This document shows positions 1 to 9,854 of a DNA stretch of 64,000 nucleotides, piece by piece. A program made the position numbers and the translations under genes. Every line of letters begins with the position of its first letter. Position 1 is the stretch's first letter. Where the stretch lies: the NCBI GenBank assembly GCA_965235115.1, contig OZ249448.1, positions 3,410,001 to 3,474,000 of the forward strand, written 5' to 3'. The stretch is from Laetmonice hystrix (Eukaryota). The notes under the pieces are model-generated. The model saw only the letters and a program-made list of their open reading frames with translations. It was not told where the DNA came from and searched no databases.

Positions 1-294
1 CGGATATTATAATAAATGTCTCAGAGAACTGCACCCGACCAGGATGTCTGAGAAACATGCACGAGATCGCCTATATTTATCGCAAACATTGCATCCATTT
101 ACTTTTTCTAGGTAGTTTCTCCCACTTACTGTCTCATATACCACCTGCCGTGAGAGGTGTGCTCGTTTACCAACCTCAGCAATGTCATGTCGTCATGCGT
201 GAAGAAAAAAGTCACGTGGAAAAAGGTCGCAGTTGGTATATAGCACTCCGGAACCGCCCTGTCTGTTATTTGGACGTATAGTAGTAGTTTTTGA

Positions 295-339
295 CTCTCT
301 CTCTATCTCTCTCTCTCTCCCTCTCTCTCTCTCTCTCTC
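295..339. repeat. (CT)n microsatellite
   Basis: Near-perfect CT run directly visible. Confidence 0.9.
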
Positions 340-444
340 CAAAGATTTGTTGCACTACACTCTTGCCTGGGGTGGGCATTATCACAGTGTGGCTTGCGCA
401 AATATAGGTGGTGTTCACGCTAAACATGGACCGTATGTATACAT

Positions 445-588
445 NNNNNNNNNNNNNNNNNNNNNNNNNNNNNNNNNNNNNNNNNNNNNNNNNNNNNNNN
501 NNNNNNNNNNNNNNNNNNNNNNNNNNNNNNNNNNNNNNNNNNNNNNNNNNNNNNNNNNNNNNNNNNNNNNNNNNNNNNNNNNNNNNNN
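445..588. other. assembly gap (144 N)
   Basis: Run of N characters. Confidence 1.
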
Positions 589-1320
589 GTCTTGATATCA
601 TCCTGGCTCCATCACCAGTTCGACCCTCCATGGGGCCATATACCTGTAATAGTAAGTAGCACAATGTATGTACACGGAGAACGCCTTTTAAGTTGTGCAG
701 GCCAGTCACAAACGGGCAACACCCTGACTTCATGTCAAATAAGGAGATAAATGTACACATTTTTATTCTTAGACGAAAAAACTATCTCTCATGGAATATA
801 AAGATGAAAACGAATAATCCTATAGTTAGGTTTAACCGGCGTGTCCTTGCAAATTTCTTCCGCTTTACTCCAGCTTCGCCAGATATACGGCGTATATCCA
901 TCCACAAACACGCTCTATATTTGCACGTCTGAGGATGCACCAGTAGAACCTTACCCGTACAAACATGGACAGGTGAGGTTGGTTGGGGGTTTAATTGGTT
1001 CGTGCACCTGGCAAGCTGTGTGTTCGATGCTTCTGGACGGAAGTGGGCATGGGGAGCTAAAATTTTGATTTTGATTAACGCCATAAAAAATAAATCATAA
1101 GGTATACGTAGGGTTGAGTATTTCATTCGGGCAAGTCCCATTGCCTTTCCATCGATCTTTCCAAATAAACGCCAAAAGAAAAAAAAATACGTCATGTACG
1201 TCACAAACATACATCCCTTGCGTTTTACGTCACAAACATTTTGCCCTCCGAGGAAGACGTTACTTTTTCCTCGACGTTACTTTTCTTCAAAACTTAAGGA
1301 CCCGAATCAAGTTGCATGGT

Positions 1321-1588
1321 CAAGGGCGGATTCAGGGGGGGGGGCGAGGGGGCCGCGCCCCCCCCCTTTCGTCAGGGTACCAATCAGAAAAAGGCAAAAT
1401 TTTGTTGTTTGCAACTGTAAAAGCAAACATTTTGCTTTCTCAGAATGCAGGAAATTTCAGGAAATGCCATTTCAGAGGCTCTAGATGTTCAAAATTGTCC
1501 GGGGGCATGCCCCCGGACCCCCTACTAGGGCTCGGGCCCCCCTTTAATTCCACCCCCCCCCTTTTTCAAAATCCTGGATCCGCCCCTG
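1321..1588. mobile_element. GC-rich MITE-like element
   Basis: Left end CAAGGGCGGATTCAGG; right end reverse-complements to CAGGGGCGGATCCAGG (2 mismatches in 16); internal poly-G/poly-C tracts; no coding capacity. Confidence 0.6.
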
Positions 1589-4139
1589 ATGGCCACTCGC
1601 TTCGAAAGTGGAGTTCACGTAATTCTGGGATGTGTGTGTTTATGAGTCAGTTTATCTTTTGTTGGTCCACACCATAGGTAATGTTTGGAAAGACGAGGGC
1701 GTAGTCTGTACAGCTGACTACGACTTTCTGTTTGCTAACGTATTATAATGCATGGAACTTCTGTTTGAATTCTACAAAAAAGTTCGTTTAGCGAGGCCTA
1801 GCTCTATAGTATAACACTGACGTAAGGAAGGCCTCTATGTTGATTGTACATTTATGGTCCAAGTATAAACCGAAATACGAAAAATTGACTTGAGTTACGA
1901 GGCGTAGATTTAATTCCTTGCAGGGTTCTCCCGTAGGCCTATATCACCAGCCTTTTAACGGTTATAATGGCTCAAGGGTTGTTTGAGTTACGAGGCGTAG
2001 ATTAAATTCCTTGCAGGGTTCTCCATTAGGCCTATATAATGACTCAAGGATGATTTTTATCGGGTTATCCTGTTTGTTTATGGCTGTCATAATGGAACCT
2101 ATGATTCTGTTTGGTCCCCACCCTATAGAGAGTTTGTCAGACAATCCCGGCACGCCTCGATCCTATAGACCGCTATATGCCCATGCCAACGCCCCGAGGC
2201 ATGTCCATGCCAAACATTAAGACTTATTATAGTGAATGCAACGTCTATAACTTGTTTGGTCCCGATGTATTGAGACAGAAACTGTACTTACTGTACCGAA
2301 ACCTATGACGACCCAGTTGTGGAGCACTGGGGATGTCCCCGAGAAAAATATGGTAACGGAAAGAAGAAGCCCCGTCTGTTCGACGCAGATGATTCCACAG
2401 TTCAACGTTCAACCACTTTCCCACACCAACCTTTGCCCCACTTGTCGCCTCTCATGGACATCTAGGTTTCAGCCCTAAAATTTGGTTTTGACATGGATGT
2501 AGCCTATAGTCTATATTTTTTTCAGTAAGCTCCCTTATAAGTAGGCCCATCCCTTTTAAGAACTGACCAGTATTAGTTATTTCTCCTGCTAGATTTGAGT
2601 CTCTATAGCCTTCCTCAACCCTCCCTTGCATATAGCAAGCCCTGTGTAAATATATACATTGACGGTCATATACGCCCTACAGTATATCGGCCATGCTGCC
2701 CATGGTTGGCGCCCCGGACCCGGAGTGCTGGTACATTGTCCGTGCCGGAGTGTGTTTCTGGGTGTATACACACCATGCATGGTCGGTACATATCAGCGGT
2801 ATGGTGGCGTACTCCAACAAAATATGAGCGTTGGGTACTGTAAACACAGAATATACGGACTATTAGATAGACATCTACGGGGTATAGTAGAGCAAAGGAA
2901 GTGATTAAACTAATTTGATATCCGTAGGCCTATATACGAGAGAAGGGAACAAAAGATCTGCTAATGAATCCGAAAAAAAATCCAGAGGCGGGAGTAGGAA
3001 CTGGAACGTATGGTGGTCAAAAGTAGATTTCTTTGAATCTTCTTTCGTTCTTATTTCTCCCCGTTAAATTACCTTGGTATACAGACAGGTCTATATCCTA
3101 AAATTTCTGCTCAGACACAAGGCAATAATTAAGTTGCCCTAAAAAATTAAATTTTGGCATTGCGACTCTCCAGACCACCCACCTTTGAAGTACATGTATG
3201 GTGCAGCCCCCCCCCTTGCATTTAAATTAAGGTGGGCGCAGCGAGAGTAGGCCATACCCTCCCCCCCCCCCCAATTAATTAGGCTATCCTATATAGGATA
3301 TTTATAGGCCCCTAATGACCTAGAGTTTATTCCCAGATGCGAGGAAAACACGTCGGCCTATTTGTCACTTTAATTTTACAATATTTCTAGAGAAGGGGCC
3401 ATATAGACCCCTGCTGCAGGCGGGGGTCACCTTGCCCGGTAACAATTGGGGGGGGGGGGCATATCCCCCGTCTGGCTCTGTCAGGACGTTTGCCCAAGCA
3501 AGGCCGAGGCCTAGGCTAGCGCTTATATAGGCAAGTTCGACAGAAATCTAAGCAACCTGCCTGGTAACGGCAACAGAACCCCCCCCCCCCCCACACACAC
3601 ACACACACACAGCCACCCACCCCCACACCCAACCAAAATAAGTATATGCAATGCGCTTTCAAACAGCCGGGAAAATAATCATGTGGACGGCCGATATTCC
3701 TATTTACCCGGCCAACCGTCTCCACAGTGAAGACTTTTAGCCTCCCATGGCCGGCACTGCCGGGTATTCAGCAAGCAGGGACCGATTCCTTCCCTCGGGA
3801 GCCGGCTCCGGGTAAATAACAATAATATTCTTCACACCGTACCCGGCTGCCGGGTGACTAACATTGTATTTCTTCACTCGGTAACCGGCTACAACCCCCC
3901 CCCCCCCAAATATGCCTGTTTTTATTCAGAGTATGCTTCCTGTCCGTTAAAAATCTTTGAAGAAACTGCTGCCTTTAACATTGTTTTTTTTTATCCATCA
4001 CAAAACGAATTTTAGGGATAGAAACTCTAAACCCCCTAATCTTGTTGATACCACTTAGTAACATTTAAAGGCCGACCCGGTACAGTTACGTATTGAACTA
4101 GGCCTAATTGATTACATTTGTATAAACTAAATACGTGAA

Positions 4140-4211
4140 GGCGCCATGGTGTAGTGGTGAGCACATTGGACTTTGAATCCAGGAGCCCGAGTTCGAACCT
4201 CGGTGGTGCCT
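4140..4211 (+). tRNA. trnQ-TTG: tRNA-Gln(TTG), copy 1
   Basis: GGCGCCA/TGGTGCC acceptor stem, GTGT/GCAC D stem, TTGGA-CTTTGAA-TCCAG anticodon arm, CCGAG-TTCGAAC-CTCGG T arm, discriminator T; T6 Pol III terminator a few nt downstream. Confidence 0.96.
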
Positions 4212-4770
4212 CGCAAGTTTTTTATGCTTCTTACACTGTAAGTGGAGCGTCCCCGAGTAAGAAAACACATGTTGCTCTATCCATCGGCCCTTTACCGAAA
4301 GTGGCAAACAAGAAAATGATATGAACTACTAATACTCTAGTTAACCACATATATTACGAACCTTTAGAAAAATAAATATGAGTCAATTGGGGGGGGGGAC
4401 ACTTCCCATTTAGAAAATGGTCCCTGGAGTATAGGCTTCGATCAGGATATATCTATATTTCTAAAAGTTCATAATTATATGTGGTTAATAATTATATGTG
4501 GGGGGGGGGGCATATATACGTGGTTCCCCCCCCCCCAGGAGACCTCTACTTTGAAACTGATCCTTTGAAATCGGCAGCGGCGCTCCTTTATAATTATGAT
4601 GATGCCTATAAGCAAATTGGTCTTTGCATATTTCAGCCTTTACTTGGTTACCGCCACTTTCTCCCGTATCCGAAACATTGATATCGACTCCAGGGTACAC
4701 TAAGGCCTAGATGTATAGTAGAAGTAGTTTTATATACATCACATTAACCAAATTTGATTGAATAGGGGAA

Positions 4771-4842
4771 GGCGCCATGGTGTAGTGGTGAGCACATTGG
4801 ACTTTGAATCCAGGAGCCCGAGTTCGAACCTCGGTGGTGCCT
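4771..4842 (+). tRNA. trnQ-TTG: tRNA-Gln(TTG), copy 2
   Basis: Identical to copy 1; T4 run downstream. Confidence 0.95.
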
Positions 4843-5281
4843 CGACTGTTTTGATTCACCTAGAAGATGTGTCTCGCACTCTTCTCCAATTTATAATGCT
4901 TTCCGTATAATAGCCGTATAGACCCTTCCGAGGAGGCAGCCGACAAATCGAGTTCAACTTATAAAAAAAAACAAAGAAGATTTTGTATAGTGAATTTAGT
5001 CTTATTTTGCCACGTTCCCACTGTTTTTTTTTTTTTTTTTTGTCAATCCTAAAACGAATTTCGGCTTATAGAAACTCTTAAACCTCCATAATAAAATAAA
5101 ATAAAATATTTGGGATCAAAACACTTAGGCCTTTCAGAGGGATCTTGTCGGCCTTATAAACCCCGACGTCATAAACTTCAGCGATTTCTAACGATATAGA
5201 GTCACCGCTTGGTAACATTTAGAGGCGACCGGTTACAGTTAAGCATAATTGATTTAAATAAAATGTTAAAGATGTCGTGAA

Positions 5282-5353
5282 GGCGCCATGGTGTAGTGGT
5301 GAGCACATTGGACTTTGAATCCAGGAGCCCGAGTTCGAACCTCGGTGGTGCCT
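5282..5353 (+). tRNA. trnQ-TTG: tRNA-Gln(TTG), copy 3
   Basis: Identical to copy 1; T6 run downstream. Confidence 0.96.
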
Positions 5354-5738
5354 CGAGTTTTTTGCTTCTTGCATGCACTGTAAGTGGTAGCCTACGTCAC
5401 CAATTAGGAAAATACATGATGCCCTGGCCTATGCATCGGACCCTTCAGCAAAATGGAAACAAGAATTTAGAAAATTCACCAAATAATTATAATCTTCATT
5501 ATAGGCTTATTAAAACAGGGCATTATGCACTGGTAGCCTAAGCAAATTGGACTTTGAACATGTCATCCTTTCTCTCTGTAGGTATATTACGCCTACACTC
5601 AAGACGTGCTGAACCACGCCTCCCGGGAGTCCGCCCGTCACCATTTCTCCCGTCACTTTCTCACGTTTCCTTGATATCGGCCCCAGGTGTATTTCATTAA
5701 CCAAATTTGATTGAAGATTGGTTAATTAAGTTAACGAA

Positions 5739-5810
5739 GGCGCCATGGTGTAGTGGTGAGCACATTGGACTTTGAATCCAGGAGCCCGAGTTCGAACCTC
5801 GGTGGTGCCT
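5739..5810 (+). tRNA. trnQ-TTG: tRNA-Gln(TTG), copy 4
   Basis: Identical to copy 1; T run downstream. Confidence 0.96.
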
Positions 5811-6032
5811 CGATAGCTTTTTGCTTCTTGCACTGTAAGTGCATGGTAGCCTACGTCACCAAGTAGGAAAATACATGATGCCCTGGCCGATGCATCGGAC
5901 CCTTCAGCAAAATGGAAAACAAGAAGATATAAACATTTAGACAATTCACCAAATATATCTTCATTATAGGTTTATTAAAACAGGGTATTATGCACTGGTA
6001 GCCTAAGCAAATTGGACTTTGAACATTTCAGC

Positions 6033-6036
<4 letters not shown>

Positions 6037-6098
<62 letters not shown>
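6037..6098. repeat. (CT)n microsatellite in tRNA spacer
   Basis: Perfect CT run of about 31 units; the homologous spacer positions have only short CT runs. Confidence 0.95.
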
Positions 6099-6100
<2 letters not shown>

Positions 6101-6264
6101 GCCTATACTCTAGACGTGTTCAACCACGCCCCTCCCCCCCGGGGGGGGGGGGGGGTCCGCCCGTCACCATTTCGCTATTCACTTTCTCACGTTTCCTTGA
6201 TATCGGCCCCAGGTGTATTTCATTAACCAAATTTGATTGAAGATTGGTTAATTAAGTTAACGAA

Positions 6265-6336
6265 GGCGCCATGGTGTAGTGGTAAGCACATTGGACTTTG
6301 AATCCAGGAGCCCGAGTTCGAACCTCGGTGGTGCCT
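6265..6336 (+). tRNA. trnQ-TTG: tRNA-Gln(TTG), copy 5 (one D-loop variant)
   Basis: As copy 1 except GGTAAGC instead of GGTGAGC in the D loop; T6 downstream. Confidence 0.95.
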
Positions 6337-6628
6337 CGAGAGTTTTTTGCTTCTTGCACTGTAAGTAGTAGCCTACGTCACCAATTAGGAAAATGCATCG
6401 GACCCTTCAGCAAAATGGAAAATAAGAACATATAAACATTTAGAAAATTCACCAAATATATCTTCATTATAGGCTTATTAAGACAGGGTATTATGCACTG
6501 GTAGCCTAAGCAAATTGGACTTTGAACATTTCAGCGTTTCTCTCTCTGGGCCTATACTCTAGATGTGTTTAACCAGGTGTATTTCATTAACCAAATTTGA
6601 TTGAAGATTGGTTAATTAAGTTAAGGAA

Positions 6629-6700
6629 GGCGCCATGGTGTAGTGGTGAGCACATTGGACTTTGAATCCAGGAGCCCGAGTTCGAACCTCGGTGGTGCCT
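6629..6700 (+). tRNA. trnQ-TTG: tRNA-Gln(TTG), copy 6
   Basis: Identical to copy 1; T5 downstream. Confidence 0.96.
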
Positions 6701-7217
6701 CGATAGCTTTTTCCTTCTTGCACCGTAAGTGGTCGCCTCCGTTCCAAGAAAATACATGCTGCTCCAGCCTGTCCATCAGCCCCTTCAGCAAAACGGAAAA
6801 CAGGAAGATATGAACATTCAGAAAATTTACAAAATGTATACTGTTTTGGCCTAAATAGGCTTATCCAAATCAGGGGATTTTGCACTGGTATAACCTAAGC
6901 AAATTGGACTTTGAACATTTCAGCGTTTCTCTCTCTGGGCCTATAGACTCTACATGCTGAACCACGACACCCCCCCCCCCCCCAGCGACCCTTTATAATT
7001 AGGGATAAAGCAACGAAGTTGGTCTTTGAACATTTCACCCTTTCTCTCTGTATAACCCTACACTCAAGACGTGTTGAACCACGACACCCCCGGGGGGTCC
7101 GCCCGTCACCATTTCTCCAGTCACATTCTCAGGTCTCCTTAATATCAGCTCCAGGGTAGACTCAGGCGTATTTCATTAACCAAATTTGATTAAGGAATGG
7201 CTAAATTAATTATGGAA

Positions 7218-7289
7218 GGCGCCATGGTGTAGTGGTGAGCACATTGGACTTTGAATCCAGGAGCCCGAGTTCGAACCTCGGTGGTGCCT
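7218..7289 (+). tRNA. trnQ-TTG: tRNA-Gln(TTG), copy 7
   Basis: Identical to copy 1; T4 downstream. Confidence 0.95.
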
Positions 7290-7457
7290 CTAACCTTTTC
7301 TTACTTCTTGTAATCGACCTGCATATCTGCCACGAAATTGAGGAAGACACTCCCTGCCCCACCCCGCAATGAAAAATTAAAAAGAGTGAACTCTCATTAT
7401 ACAAACACCAATAGGTGTTTAAAAAGTGTGTTTCGGATCTCCCACCCCCCTCAGAAA

Positions 7458-8000
7458 GATTGGACTTTAAAGGGGCATGCTATGAAACACAAGGAATTGG
7501 AGGATTTCCAGCAATTATCCAACATGACCATGTAGGCTACTAGGCATCCAAGTAAATAATCCTATCACAGCATTTTGTCCTCCGACGTGTTTTCGCTGCG
7601 TATGCAGCACAAGTAAATATGTTCTATGTACAACCAAACGCACCAACCTCCCATCAACCCGTGTACTGCGTCACATCCTGCGTGTGCACTCTCTGCATGT
7701 GCTTAGTCACGAGCTTCGCTTAGATGTAAACAATTCAGCATTTGCACTCGATCGTCCGGCATCAGAATGCCACCCAAAAAAATATTTTACGAAATCGGGC
7801 AAGGGAGCTTCATAAACTTTGATTTCTCACGCAAAATGAAACGGATACGTCTGTCTTTGTTTACCAAGCAATTTTAATGAAGGATCTCTGTATGAAAACA
7901 GCAAAAAATCTTCTCAAGCTTAGCAAAAAATCTTTGAAATACCGATTTTTCACGTTTTCTCATAATATGCCCTTTAAATCAAGGGACCTCGGTGGTGCCT
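7458..8000 (+). pseudogene. relic tRNA-Gln (anticodon TTA) interrupted by a transposon
   Basis: Removing 7471-7973 and one TTAA gives ATTGGACTTTAAATCAAGG-G-ACCTCGGTGGTGCCT, which aligns to the array tRNA ATTGGACTTTGAATCCAGG...ACCTCGGTGGTGCCT; the 5' half is lost and about 12 nt of the variable/T region are deleted. Confidence 0.75.
7471..7973. mobile_element. non-autonomous Kolobok-type DNA transposon (503 bp)
   Basis: TTAA at 7467-7470 and 7974-7977; termini AGGGGCATGCTATG and (reverse complement) AGGGCATATTATG. TTAA TSD with purine-purine 5' termini is the Kolobok signature. A homologous interior is found at 31176-31510. Confidence 0.7.
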
Positions 8001-9648
8001 TGTTATGTTCACTGCGCATACCCCGCAGTACGGTGTATTTTTAGACGTCGATAAAACGCGCATAGACCGCACTGCGGTGTAGGCCCCGACTGGTTTTTCT
8101 CACATCCCTAGATGAGGGGTGACATGTGGCGCCATCTATGCTTGAGAAGGTGAAGTAGACCTGTTGGTACCGACCTGTTTGGCTTTCATTCTAGAGCATC
8201 AATAACAGTGTCGCCCTCTATGTTTGAAAAGATGAAGCACACGTTTGAACAGGTGCCATTTGCCATTACTGTGAATTGAGCCACATTGAGGCCACATTGC
8301 GCATAAACTGAAATAAGGGTTTTCCTTTGATATTGGATTTTTTGACATGCTGTTTTGAATTTGACAATAGGCCTACTCGCATAAGTTATGTCAGATCTTT
8401 TAGATATTTTGCAGACTTGTTGATGATACCCTAACGTTACTGTGTGAAAATGTTCAATGAATTCGGTTTACCTATATCACCGAGAAAATACTTGTCAAAA
8501 AGCAGTTCACTTTTTCTGGGACACCCGATATATTGAAAATATATGTTTAGCATACGCCACCTGCCTGTAATGATTAGAGAGATCTACCCACCTGACTGTA
8601 CTATAGTGATTAAGGCCCTATACCCGACCTAAATGTAGTGATTAGGCCCCTATGTAACCTGTGAGGCCAAACAGCACAGTGAGGGCAATAAAATGCTAAA
8701 CATATTATTTCAACATATTTAGCCTACTAATAGTAGCCTACACATTATTAGAGCAATATTAGGCCTACTGTTGAGACATCGCCAAATCTGAGAAAAAATT
8801 ATGTCAATTCTCTTTAAAGATCTAGATCTATGCAATTTATTTGAAAATCTTTGGAAGAAAATAGCTTCCCTAGTGAGCATTCTTAAAACTATTGCAACCT
8901 AATTCTAACTCTGGTGGCAAGAAGACTTACTAGGATAACCTCACCTGATTCGTTACCGGCATGCTTGTCAGTGTCACTCAACACCCACGCAGCCAGCGGA
9001 GAAGCAGGACTGACCAGTTACCAAGGTATGGTTAGGCCTAGGCTAGAGGCCTATAGTAAGGCCCACTGTTACGTGTTTATTAACCCTTCTGCTGTGGTGC
9101 AAGTCACTGCTTTATTTATAGGATTTCCATATCATTTAGGCCTACCAATAATTAGGCAGTTCTGCTGGGTGTGTAGGCAGGCCTATTATAGGGCGCCACG
9201 CGGTCAGCCGTGAACGCGCAAACCACATCTCGAGTAGACTTAGGGTATGACAACGTTAGCGGATCCAGGGGGAAAGGGGGCATTGCACCCTTCAAAAATA
9301 TTAGGTCTAGGGCTAGACTAGGCCTAGACCTAAATATTTCCTTTCTTGGTGCTGTAGCCTAGGCCTGGTTATAGGCCTAATATTCAGCTAAGGCCTAGGG
9401 ACATCATTAATAATAAGAAATTCGTTTGCTGCAGGTAGGCCTATGTCCATTACACGTACATACGCCTATATTTAACTTTTTTTAAATTTTGCCTGAATAA
9501 CCCCCCTCCCCCCATCCGGCCTACGGCCGTACGTACGGCAGGGCAGTAATAGAGGGCTTTGACCAAAGATCAGTTCACCAGAGTCACACTAGATGGCGCG
9601 ACATTGCAATGCCCGTAAAGCAGTTACCTGCATCTATCGGCTTTGCGG

Positions 9649-9661
9649 GTTGCCTAGTAAC
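9649..9661. promoter_or_regulatory. RFX X-box upstream of MORN3
   Basis: GTTGCCTAGTAAC fits GTNRCC-N(0-3)-RGYAAC, about 190 nt upstream of the MORN3 ATG; RFX factors are established regulators of cilium genes. Confidence 0.7.
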
Positions 9662-9854
9662 GAATAGCCACATGCAAAGTTTACAGTGCGGCGTGGATAA
9701 CCAAGAAGCATCCACAAAGGCGTGGTATTTAAGGAGTAAATCCATGTTTCAGATTACAAGCTTATCAAACTTAGAGTATAGTTTTTACCTGTGGCGTATA
9801 GTTTAGTAACTGTCACAAAGTTGAAGAGTCGAATCATTACATCCAAAAAACAAT

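Larger units (their letters stand above)
4140..7289 (+). repeat. tandem tRNA-Gln gene array (unit spacing 364-631 bp, homologous spacers)
   Basis: Spacers share blocks such as CATTAACCAAATTTGATTG upstream of most genes, TTCTTGCACTGTAAGT, CATCGGACCCTTCAGCAAAATGGAAA and AAGCAAATTGGACTTTGAACAT. Confidence 0.9.

Noticed and set aside
589-1056. Possible minus-strand exons (1056-955 with AG/GT ends; acceptor near 644) and the open stretch at 2659-2904
   Set aside because: No recognisable protein similarity, and the gap prevents building a gene model.
4140-7289. tRNA-derived SINE interpretation of the array
   Set aside because: The copies are full-length, essentially identical cloverleaves followed directly by T-run terminators, with no SINE body or tail.
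8100-8535. Possible Tc1/mariner-like relic (end TTTTCTGGGACACCCGATATA)
   Set aside because: Only one terminus is recognisable; no matching left TIR was found.
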